The notes below the pieces were generated by a model that saw only the letters and a list, made by a program, of their open reading frames with translations, had not been told where the DNA came from and searched no databases. Below are positions 19,748 to 27,341 of a stretch of DNA of 64,000 bases, piece after piece. Each line of letters starts with the position of its first letter. Within the stretch, counting starts at the first letter, position 1. Source of the DNA: Comamonadaceae bacterium (lineage in GTDB: Bacteria; Pseudomonadota; Gammaproteobacteria; Burkholderiales; Burkholderiaceae_C); contig CANGME010000011.1 of the NCBI GenBank assembly GCA_947455145.1, positions 60,182 through 124,181 on the forward strand, read 5' to 3'. The translations under genes were made by a program, and so were the position numbers.

Positions 19748-20065
19748 ATGCGAATTAACTATCGGCTCCCAGCCATGTTGCTGTTGGCATTGGCCGCAGG
19801 CCATGCCACGGCCCAAAGTGCGACCACATTAAACGTACGTAGCTTGGCCGCGACTTGCGCCACTTGTCACGGCACAGAGGGACGTTCGGTCAACGGTTCT
19901 GCGATCGTGGGGCTGGCCGGTATGCCGCGTGACTACATGCTGACGCAGTTCAAGGCATTCAAGGATGGCAGCCGCCCTGCGACCGTGATGCATCAACTGG
20001 CCAAAGGCTATACCGAGCAACAGCTCGATGCCTTGGCCACCTATTTTTCTACCTTGAAGCGCTAA
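19748..20065 (+). CDS. fccA: Flavocytochrome c sulfide dehydrogenase, mono-haem cytochrome subunit
   Basis: 105 aa. Signal peptide. One CATCH motif. It lies immediately upstream of the flavoprotein subunit. Confidence 0.75.
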   Translation: MRINYRLPAMLLLALAAGHATAQSATTLNVRSLAATCATCHGTEGRSVNGSAIVGLAGMPRDYMLTQFKAFKDGSRPATVMHQLAKGYTEQQLDALATYFSTLKR

Positions 20066-20078
20066 GCAGGAGCTCACC

Positions 20079-21359
20079 ATGATGAAAAGACGCAGTTTTG
20101 TAGGTGCATCCCTCACCCTGGGTACCCTGGGCAGCCTCGTGGGTTGTGCAAGCACGGGCACTATTCCTTCCAAAGCCAAAGTGGTGGTGATCGGCGGCGG
20201 CTACGGCGGAGCCACGGCCGCCAAATATGTGCGGATGTTGTCGGATTACAAGATCGACGTGGTGTTGGTCGAGCCCAACGCCAGTTTTATCTCGTGCCCC
20301 ATTTCCAATCTGGTGATCGGCGGCTCCAAGACCATGGGGGACATTACAACCCCCTATGACAATCTGGGCGGCAAACACGGCGTGACCCTGGTCAGAGACA
20401 TGGTGAGCAGCATCGATTCAAACAAGAAAACCGTCACGCTGTCGGGCGGCGCAACCATCGGCTATGACAAGCTGATCGTCTCGCCCGGCATTGACATGAT
20501 GTGGGGCAGCGTAGAAGGTCTGCAGGCCGCCAACGCTTCAGGTCAGATCCTGCACGCATGGAAGGCCGGGGCTGAAACCATTGCCCTGCGTAAACAGCTC
20601 GAAGCCATGCCTGATGGTGGTGTGTACGCCCTGTCCATCCCGCTGGCCCCTTACCGCTGCCCGCCCGGCCCTTATGAGCGCGCCAGCCAAGTGGCCTCTT
20701 ACTTTAAGCAATTCAAGCCCAAATCCAAAGTGCTGATTCTGGACGCCAACCCGGATGTGACGTCCAAAGGGCCGTTGTTCAAAAAATTCTGGGCTGACAA
20801 CTACAAAGGCATGTTGGAGTATCACGGCGGCCACAAGGCGATTGCCGTAGACGCCAAGACCAATACAGTGAAGTTCGAAGTGCAAGACGACGTCAAGGCA
20901 AACGTGCTTAATGTGTTGCCCAATATGAGTGCCGGTGCCATCGCCGTGCGATCCGGTCTGGCCAACGCTAACGCTCGTTGGTGCAATGTGAACTACTTGA
21001 CGTTTGAATCCACCGTTGCCAAGGATTTGCACGTCATTGGAGACTCGGTGTTGGCTGCGCCGCTAATGCCCAAGTCGGGTCATATGGCTAACTCGCAGGG
21101 CAAAGTGGTGGCGGCCGCTGTGGTGGCGCAGCTCTCAGGTATTGAAGTCAACCCGAACCCTGTGTTGACCAACACTTGCTACAGTTTTGTCAACGACAAA
21201 TTGGTCGTGCACGTGGCCTCAGTTCACCAGTATGTGGCGGCTGAGAAAACCTTCAAGGCCGTGGCGGGTTCGGGGGGGGTGTCGCCTGGCCCAACCGAGC
21301 TGGAAGGTGCATACGCCATGAGTTGGGCACACAACATCTGGGCGGACACTCTCTCTTAA
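20079..21359 (+). CDS. fccB: Flavocytochrome c sulfide dehydrogenase flavoprotein subunit (FccB/SoxF)
   Basis: 426 aa. Tat signal MMKRRSFVGASL. Rossmann motif VVVIGGGYGGATAAKY. FCSD-like CPISNLV. Confidence 0.9.
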   Translation: MMKRRSFVGASLTLGTLGSLVGCASTGTIPSKAKVVVIGGGYGGATAAKYVRMLSDYKIDVVLVEPNASFISCPISNLVIGGSKTMGDITTPYDNLGGKHGVTLVRDMVSSIDSNKKTVTLSGGATIGYDKLIVSPGIDMMWGSVEGLQAANASGQILHAWKAGAETIALRKQLEAMPDGGVYALSIPLAPYRCPPGPYERASQVASYFKQFKPKSKVLILDANPDVTSKGPLFKKFWADNYKGMLEYHGGHKAIAVDAKTNTVKFEVQDDVKANVLNVLPNMSAGAIAVRSGLANANARWCNVNYLTFESTVAKDLHVIGDSVLAAPLMPKSGHMANSQGKVVAAAVVAQLSGIEVNPNPVLTNTCYSFVNDKLVVHVASVHQYVAAEKTFKAVAGSGGVSPGPTELEGAYAMSWAHNIWADTLS

Positions 21360-21410
21360 CTCTTGCAGCCTGGTTAAATTGCTTAAATTCCACAAATCTT
21401 AGGAGCGGCC

Positions 21411-21824
21411 ATGCTTAAATTTTTATTGGCAGTGCTGCTGATTTGTGGGACGGGCTTGGCTGCGGCCCAGAACGTGAAGGCGGTCTACCACATCAACACC
21501 GATGTGGACACCGTCTCAGCGGTTCTGGGCAACATACGCAACCATCTCAGCGAAGACCCCAAGGCCAAGATAGTGGTGGTCGCGCATGGTCCGGGGATTA
21601 ACTTTCTGTTGCAAGACGCCAAGGATTCACGCGGCCGTGAATTCAGTGGCCCGGTCAGTGACCTGGTCAGCAACGGCGTTGACTTCAGGGTGTGCAACAA
21701 CACATTGACGAGTATGGATATCAACCCGAACCGCTTGCTGATGGAGGCCAGCGTCGTACCATCTGGCGTGGCCGAGATTGCGCGCCTTCAAGCCAAAGAG
21801 GGCTTTGTTTATCTCAAGCCTTGA
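21411..21824 (+). CDS. Exported DsrE/DsrF-like (COG1416-type) protein
   Basis: 137 aa. Signal peptide MLKFLLAVLLICGTGLAAAQ. Pattern VVVAHGPGINFL...FRVCNNTL...VPSGVAEI is typical of the DsrE-like family from memory. Confidence 0.65.
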   Translation: MLKFLLAVLLICGTGLAAAQNVKAVYHINTDVDTVSAVLGNIRNHLSEDPKAKIVVVAHGPGINFLLQDAKDSRGREFSGPVSDLVSNGVDFRVCNNTLTSMDINPNRLLMEASVVPSGVAEIARLQAKEGFVYLKP

Positions 21825-21854
21825 AAAAGCGTGGGCCGCTAGAGGGAGCAGACT

Positions 21855-22199
21855 TCATTCGGAATCCAAGTTGCCATCAATGGCAATTTGCGTGCAGACC
21901 GTGCGGCACAGATTGGCTACTCGTTCGTTAATGATGCGGTAGTGAATTTGCACGCCTTCGCGGCGCTTGCCCAGCACGCCAGCCTGGTACAGCGTGGTGA
22001 GGTGCTGCGACATATTGGGCTGGGTGGTGTCAATCTTGCTGAGCAAGTAGCTCACGTTCTTTTCTCCATCGCACAGGCAACTGATGATCTTCAGCCGCAT
22101 CGGTGCTGACATGACCCGAAACACTTCTGCGGCCAGTTCGAACACCTGATCGGGCTCAGTCACTTCTTTCGACGACTTCTGGATTGATCTGTTGACCAT
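21855..22199 (-). CDS. soxR: ArsR/SmtB-family repressor (SoxR; SqrR/BigR-like Cys pattern)
   Basis: 114 aa. wHTH region VSYLLSKIDTTQPNMSQHLTTLYQAGVL. Cys at 41/43 and 98/102. Divergent from soxC. Confidence 0.8.
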   Translation of the reverse strand: MVNRSIQKSSKEVTEPDQVFELAAEVFRVMSAPMRLKIISCLCDGEKNVSYLLSKIDTTQPNMSQHLTTLYQAGVLGKRREGVQIHYRIINERVANLCRTVCTQIAIDGNLDSE

Positions 22200-22278
22200 G
22201 GCAGTTCAGTTTTAGAGGGGATAGAGCGTTCATTTTAGGGCCTGCATGGGAAGGCCCTCATTTGATGACTGAATGGTG

Positions 22279-22304
22279 ATGCACTAGTGAAAACCCTAGT
22301 GCAT
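22279..22304. promoter_or_regulatory. Perfect palindrome ATGCACTAG-N8-CTAGTGCAT (candidate SoxR operator)
   Basis: Read directly in the AT-rich soxR-soxC spacer. 9-bp arms with no mismatch. Confidence 0.4.
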
Positions 22305-22382
22305 ATAAATAATTAAAACGTTATATTCGCCATTAACGATATTGAAACGCTTCGGCATGCCTCAAATTTTGAAGGAGATTGT

Positions 22383-23750
22383 GTGATGCAAGATGAATTG
22401 AGCTCGGGCCGCGTCCGCAAGGCCCCCGAGAGTTTTTTGGACAAAGCTGGCATTAAGACCGTGTTTGCAGAGGCGCGGCACGGTCGCCGTGACTTCATTC
22501 GCAGCGCGTTTGCTGCTGCCGCTGCCGGTGCTGCGGTGCCTGCCGCACTGGCGCAGGCTAACCCGGTGCCCAACGAGGGCGGTGACCCCAATATTTTGAA
22601 CCTGCCAGAGCACAGCAAGGGCTTGGGTCAGGGCGTGGCAGCGAATGATGGCTATGGCAAGCCCTCAAAATATGAAGCCAATGTGCAGCGCCGCCAGAGC
22701 CCCGGTCTGACCCAGACCACCCAGGCTTCGGTGTCGTTCGCGCCGTTGCAGTCCTTGTTTGGCATCATCACCCCGAGCGGCCTTCACTTTGAGCGACATC
22801 ACCAAGGCTGGTGGGATATTGACCCTTCCAAGCATCGCTTGATGATTAACGGCATGGTCAAGGCCAACAAGGTGTTTACGCTGGACGAGATCATGCGACT
22901 CCCGTCAGTCTCGCGCTTTCACTTCATTGAGTGCGGTGCCAACACGGCGGTGGATTGGGGCAACGTAGCGGTGCCAACGGTTCAATACACGCACGGCATG
23001 GTGTCGTGCAGCGAGTTCACAGGCGTTCCGCTGATCACGCTGCTGGAGCTGGCGGGCGCGGATTTGAAGAATGGAAAATTTGTGCTGGCCGAGGGCGCAG
23101 ACGGTTCTTCCATGACCCGCACCATTCCCATGGATCTCATCAAGTCGGGCGAGGTCTTCGTGGCCTATGGCCAGAACGGCGAAATGTTGCGCCCTGAGCA
23201 GGGTTATCCATTGCGACTTATCGTGCCAGGTGTGCAGGGTGTGAGCTGGGTCAAGTACCTGCGCCGCCTTGAGGTGGGGGACCAGCCCTACGCGGCCAAG
23301 GATGAGGCCGTTCACTACATTGATTTACAGCCCGGCGGTTTGCATCGGCAGTACACCAGCATTCAGGAATGCAAAAGCGTTGTCACCACGCCTTCTGGTG
23401 GGCAGGTGCTGCTGGACAAAGGTTTCTACAACATTACTGGTCTGGCTTGGTCGGGTCGGGGTAAGGTGAAGCGAGTGGATGTGTCCGTGGATGGTGGGCG
23501 CAATTGGCGCACAGCGCGTCTTGAAGGCACGGTGCAAACCAAGTCGTTGACGCGCTTTAACCTTGACTGGGTGTGGGACGGCAAGCCCGCCATCATTCAG
23601 AGCCGTGCCATGGATGACACGGGTTATGTGCAGCCCACCTACCAACAATTGCGTACCGTGCGCGGTACACGTTCGATCTATCACAACAATGCCATCCAGT
23701 CGTGGTTGGTTGGCGAGTCCGGCGAGGTGAAAAATGTTCAGGTTTCGTAA
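22383..23750 (+). CDS. soxC: Sulfane dehydrogenase molybdopterin subunit SoxC
   Basis: 455 aa. Tat signal GRRDFIRSAFAAAAAG. Sulfite-oxidase-family Moco and dimerisation domains. The start is GTG 22383 or ATG 22386, after GGAG at 22374-22377. Confidence 0.92.
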   Translation: MMQDELSSGRVRKAPESFLDKAGIKTVFAEARHGRRDFIRSAFAAAAAGAAVPAALAQANPVPNEGGDPNILNLPEHSKGLGQGVAANDGYGKPSKYEANVQRRQSPGLTQTTQASVSFAPLQSLFGIITPSGLHFERHHQGWWDIDPSKHRLMINGMVKANKVFTLDEIMRLPSVSRFHFIECGANTAVDWGNVAVPTVQYTHGMVSCSEFTGVPLITLLELAGADLKNGKFVLAEGADGSSMTRTIPMDLIKSGEVFVAYGQNGEMLRPEQGYPLRLIVPGVQGVSWVKYLRRLEVGDQPYAAKDEAVHYIDLQPGGLHRQYTSIQECKSVVTTPSGGQVLLDKGFYNITGLAWSGRGKVKRVDVSVDGGRNWRTARLEGTVQTKSLTRFNLDWVWDGKPAIIQSRAMDDTGYVQPTYQQLRTVRGTRSIYHNNAIQSWLVGESGEVKNVQVS

Positions 23751-24864
23751 AACTCTTCTCAGCGCAGCTCTACTCGCATTTGCCGGTCTTGCTCTTGCAC
23801 AAAGCGGCGGCAAATACCCTGGCGTGGGGCGCGATGCCACACCCAAGGAGGTCGCAGCTTGGGACATCGATGTTCGACCAGACTTCAAGGGTTTGCCTGC
23901 CGGTTCAGGGAGTGTGGCCAAAGGTCAGGACGTGTGGGAGAGCAAGTGCGCCAGCTGCCACGGCATCTTCGGCGAGTCGGGTGAGGTGTTTAGCCCCTTG
24001 GTGGGTGGCACCACGGCAGATGACATCAAGACGGGTCGTGTGGCCAATTTGAATACGACCACATACCCGGGTCGCACCACCTTGATGAAGGTCTCCACCC
24101 TCTCCACACTGTGGGACTACATCAACCGCGCCATGCCTTGGACGGCCCCAAAATCACTGAGCACTGATGAGGTGTATGCAGTGACGGCCTTTTTGCTGAA
24201 CCTTGGCAACATCTTGCCTGATGACTTTGTGCTGTCGGACAAAAACATCGCCGAAGTACAAAAGCGCATGCCCAACCGCAACGGCATGACCACTCAGCAC
24301 GCCCTGTGGCCGGGCAATGAGTTTGGTGCGGGCAAGATTAAGCCCGACACGAAAAACGTGGCCTGCATGAAGGACTGCGTGGCCGAGGCTAAAGTGGCTT
24401 CTTTCTTGCCGGACTATGCCCGTAATGCCCACGGCAACCTGGCCGAGCAGAACCGTCTGGTGGGTGCGCAGCACGGCGCGGACACGACCCGCCCCGAAGC
24501 CAAGCTGGGCGCTGTGGCGCCGTCACCGGTCACTGCTGTTCCTGCTGCGGCACAGAAGCCAGCTCCCGCTAGCAAGCCTGCCAACGCACCCAAGGCCGAA
24601 TCCTCGGGCGTTGACGGAAATGCAGCACTGGCCATGGCACAGAAATACAGCTGCACCGCTTGCCATGGTGTTGATAAGAAGATTGTTGGCCCCAGCTTCC
24701 AAGAAATAGGCAAGAAGCATGCGGGCAAGGTGGACTACCTGGCAGGCAAAATTAAGTCCGGTGGCAGTGGTGTCTGGGGTCCGATTCCCATGCCAGCACA
24801 GGCCCTGGGTGACACCGATGCCAAAACACTGGCGGCTTGGCTGGCTGCTGGTGCAGGAAAATAG
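23734..24864 (+). CDS. soxD: Di-haem cytochrome c SoxD
   Basis: 376 aa. Signal peptide. CASCH and CTACH motifs. Overlaps the soxC end. Ala/Pro linker before the C-terminal c8-like domain. Confidence 0.85.
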   Translation: MFRFRKTLLSAALLAFAGLALAQSGGKYPGVGRDATPKEVAAWDIDVRPDFKGLPAGSGSVAKGQDVWESKCASCHGIFGESGEVFSPLVGGTTADDIKTGRVANLNTTTYPGRTTLMKVSTLSTLWDYINRAMPWTAPKSLSTDEVYAVTAFLLNLGNILPDDFVLSDKNIAEVQKRMPNRNGMTTQHALWPGNEFGAGKIKPDTKNVACMKDCVAEAKVASFLPDYARNAHGNLAEQNRLVGAQHGADTTRPEAKLGAVAPSPVTAVPAAAQKPAPASKPANAPKAESSGVDGNAALAMAQKYSCTACHGVDKKIVGPSFQEIGKKHAGKVDYLAGKIKSGGSGVWGPIPMPAQALGDTDAKTLAAWLAAGAGK

Positions 24865-24926
24865 GGGAACTACGCATTCAGGGTCTGTTTTTTTTCATTA
24901 CCATGTTCTTAATTTAGGAGATATTT

Positions 24927-25385
24927 ATGCAAACTCGTCGCGAGACACTTAAGCAAAGCGCCATCGTTGCAGGCCTATTGGCTTCTACAGGGCTTTTCCC
25001 CCAGTACGCATTTGCCGCGTATAACAAAACCGCCTTTGAGGCCAAATCCTTGGCCGACGTGCTCAAGGCCATTGGCGCAGGCGCCCCTGTCCAGAGCAAG
25101 GACGTCACCATTGGTGGTCCTGACATTGCAGAAAATGGTGCCGTGGTGCCCTTGACGGCCAGCACTTCGCTGCCCGGCGTCAAGCAAATATTGATCCTTG
25201 TCGAGAAGAACCCGGCAGCAATGGTGGCCATGTTCAATGTGACCGACAGCGTTGAAGCGAATTTCGCGACACGCTCAAAAATGGGCCAATCTTCGGACGT
25301 GTATGCCGTTGCCGTGATGAACGATGGCAAAGCACTGTTTGCGAAGAAAGAAGTCAAGGTCACCCTCGGCGGCTGCGGCGGTTAA
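24927..25385 (+). CDS. soxY: Sulfur carrier SoxY
   Basis: 152 aa. Tat signal MQTRRETLKQ. Diagnostic C-terminus ...VTLGGCGG. Confidence 0.93.
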   Translation: MQTRRETLKQSAIVAGLLASTGLFPQYAFAAYNKTAFEAKSLADVLKAIGAGAPVQSKDVTIGGPDIAENGAVVPLTASTSLPGVKQILILVEKNPAAMVAMFNVTDSVEANFATRSKMGQSSDVYAVAVMNDGKALFAKKEVKVTLGGCGG

Positions 25386-25433
25386 TCGGCAGCACCCCCC
25401 CCATCGTTTCAACACAGATTTAGGAGTATCAAA

Positions 25434-25745
25434 ATGGCAGATCCAATGCGCATTCGCGCCCAAGCAGCTGGTGACAAGGCGACCGTCCGTGTCTTGATGA
25501 GTCACGAAATGGAGTCCGGTCAGCGTAAAGATGCCGCCGGCAAAATCGTTCCCGCGTGGTTTATCAATGAAGTGTCCGCCTCGCACAATGGCAAGGTGGT
25601 CATGACCGCCGAGTGGGGCCCCGCAGTATCCAAGAACCCATTTTTGCAATTCGTCGTCAAGGGTGCCAAAGCAGGGGACAAAATTGCAGTGAGTTGGAAA
25701 GACACCAAAGGCGATAGCCGAACAGACGAGGCGACGGTTTCTTGA
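25434..25745 (+). CDS. soxZ: SoxZ
   Basis: 103 aa, no signal peptide, directly after soxY. SoxZ-like MSHEMESG...AVSKNPFLQF. Confidence 0.9.
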   Translation: MADPMRIRAQAAGDKATVRVLMSHEMESGQRKDAAGKIVPAWFINEVSASHNGKVVMTAEWGPAVSKNPFLQFVVKGAKAGDKIAVSWKDTKGDSRTDEATVS

Positions 25746-25802
25746 CCTCATAGTGACCCGGTGCGTGACTTTGCAGCTAGTTCAGAGAACAAAGGTGACA
25801 TC

Positions 25803-26606
25803 ATGAAAATGAAAAAAACGTGGATTTTGATTTTGCTTGCAGGTCTAGGCACTGCGTCAGCTTTTGCACAAAAAAGCGCCTCCGAGTCGATCGACGAATA
25901 CCGTGCCATGTTGGCCGACGGCAACCCGGCCGAGCTCTTTGAAGCCAAGGGCGAAGACCTTTGGAAGAAAAAGCGCGGCCCTAAAAACGCATCGCTGGAG
26001 CAGTGCGACTTGGGCAAGGGTGTGGGCGTGGTCAAGGGCGCATTCGTTGAGCTACCACGTTTCTTTGCCGATGTGGGCAAGATGCAAGACTTGGAGTCGC
26101 GCCTCTTGACCTGCATGCAAACACTGCAAGGCTTCAACACCGCCGAAATCGCGGCAACACCCTTCGGCAAAGGCGAGCAAAACAACGTGACCGCACTGGC
26201 CACTTGGATTGCTGCTGAGTCCAAGGGCATGAAGTTCAACTTGTCACAGTCACACCCTCAAGAGAAAGTGTTTTACGAGGTCGGCAAGCGCCTGTTCTTC
26301 CAACGCGGTGGCGCGCATGACTTTGCTTGTGCTTCTTGCCATGGTGAAGACGGCAAGCGAATCCGTCTGCAAGACCTGCCCAATCTCACCAAGAACCCGG
26401 GTGATGGTGTGGGCTTTGCAGCCTGGCCTGCGTACCGTGTCTCCAACGGGCAGATGTGGGGCATGCAGCAGCGTTTGAACGATTGCTATCGGCAACAGCG
26501 TTTTCCGTATCCCGGTTTTGGCAGCGATGCGATCACGGCCGTCTCCACCTACCTGGGTGTAAATAGCAAGGGTTCGGCTTCAGTTGCACCGGCCCTTAAA
26601 CGCTGA
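25803..26606 (+). CDS. soxA: Mono-haem cytochrome SoxA
   Basis: Track ORF trimmed to the ATG at 25803 (MKMKKTWILILLAGLGTASAFA). A single CASCH motif. SoxA-like C-terminal part. Confidence 0.9.
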   Translation: MKMKKTWILILLAGLGTASAFAQKSASESIDEYRAMLADGNPAELFEAKGEDLWKKKRGPKNASLEQCDLGKGVGVVKGAFVELPRFFADVGKMQDLESRLLTCMQTLQGFNTAEIAATPFGKGEQNNVTALATWIAAESKGMKFNLSQSHPQEKVFYEVGKRLFFQRGGAHDFACASCHGEDGKRIRLQDLPNLTKNPGDGVGFAAWPAYRVSNGQMWGMQQRLNDCYRQQRFPYPGFGSDAITAVSTYLGVNSKGSASVAPALKR

Positions 26607-26620
26607 TCGAGGAGACTTCA

Positions 26621-27271
26621 ATGAAACTTCAATTCAAACTCACCTTGTTGGCCTTGACGGCTGTGGCAGTGGCCGGTTGCGCCAGTAACTACAGCAGTAC
26701 AAATATCGACAAACTGACGGCCGATATGATCAAGGCCGCGTTCCGCGATAAAGGCATTGTCAAGGTGTCAACGCTCGAACAAGACGACGCTACGCGCGAA
26801 TGCAGCGCCGCTGATGCCAATGGCAAACCGATTGACGCCAAGGTTGCCCAAGACATCGAAGCCGCCAACCTTAAAACCATCCAATGGCCGTCTGACGGCA
26901 AGTTCTTAGGTGATTGGAAAGAAGGCGAAAAAATTGCCCAAAATGGGCGTGGCATGACTTGGACGGACGACGCCAAGATGCCGAACGGCGGCAACTGCTA
27001 CAACTGCCACCAGATTGACAAGAAGGAAATTTCCTTCGGCACCATCGGCCCCAGCCTGTACAACTACGGCAAGATTCGCGGCGTAAGCAACCCAGCCGAC
27101 CCAGCGTCCAAGCCTATTGTGGAATACACCTGGGGCAAGATCTGGAACTCCAAGGCCTACAACGCCTGCTCCAACATGCCGCGTGCCGGTCACAAAGGCA
27201 TCCTGACTCAAGCTCAGGTGCGTGACATCGTTGCGTTGCTGCTCGACCCCAAATCCCCCGTCAATCAGTAA
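26621..27271 (+). CDS. soxX: Cytochrome SoxX (predicted lipoprotein form)
   Basis: 216 aa. Lipobox VAGC. CYNCH haem motif. Follows soxA. Confidence 0.85.
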   Translation: MKLQFKLTLLALTAVAVAGCASNYSSTNIDKLTADMIKAAFRDKGIVKVSTLEQDDATRECSAADANGKPIDAKVAQDIEAANLKTIQWPSDGKFLGDWKEGEKIAQNGRGMTWTDDAKMPNGGNCYNCHQIDKKEISFGTIGPSLYNYGKIRGVSNPADPASKPIVEYTWGKIWNSKAYNACSNMPRAGHKGILTQAQVRDIVALLLDPKSPVNQ

Positions 27272-27276
27272 CATCC

Positions 27277-27303
27277 AAAACCCGGCGGGGCCGGGTTTTT
27301 TTT
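27277..27303 (+). terminator. Rho-independent terminator/attenuator between soxX and soxB
   Basis: Stem CCCGGC/GCCGGG with a GGG loop, followed by T8. It starts 6 nt after the soxX stop. Confidence 0.75.
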
Positions 27304-27341
27304 GTTTCATAAATATCAGTAAACACTTAATTGAGTGAGCC

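Noticed and set aside
25395-25402. C8 homopolymer in the soxY-soxZ spacer as a possible phase-variation tract
   Set aside because: It is intergenic and about 25 nt upstream of the soxZ RBS, so a length change would not shift a frame or obviously alter RBS spacing. A single short tract is not unusual.
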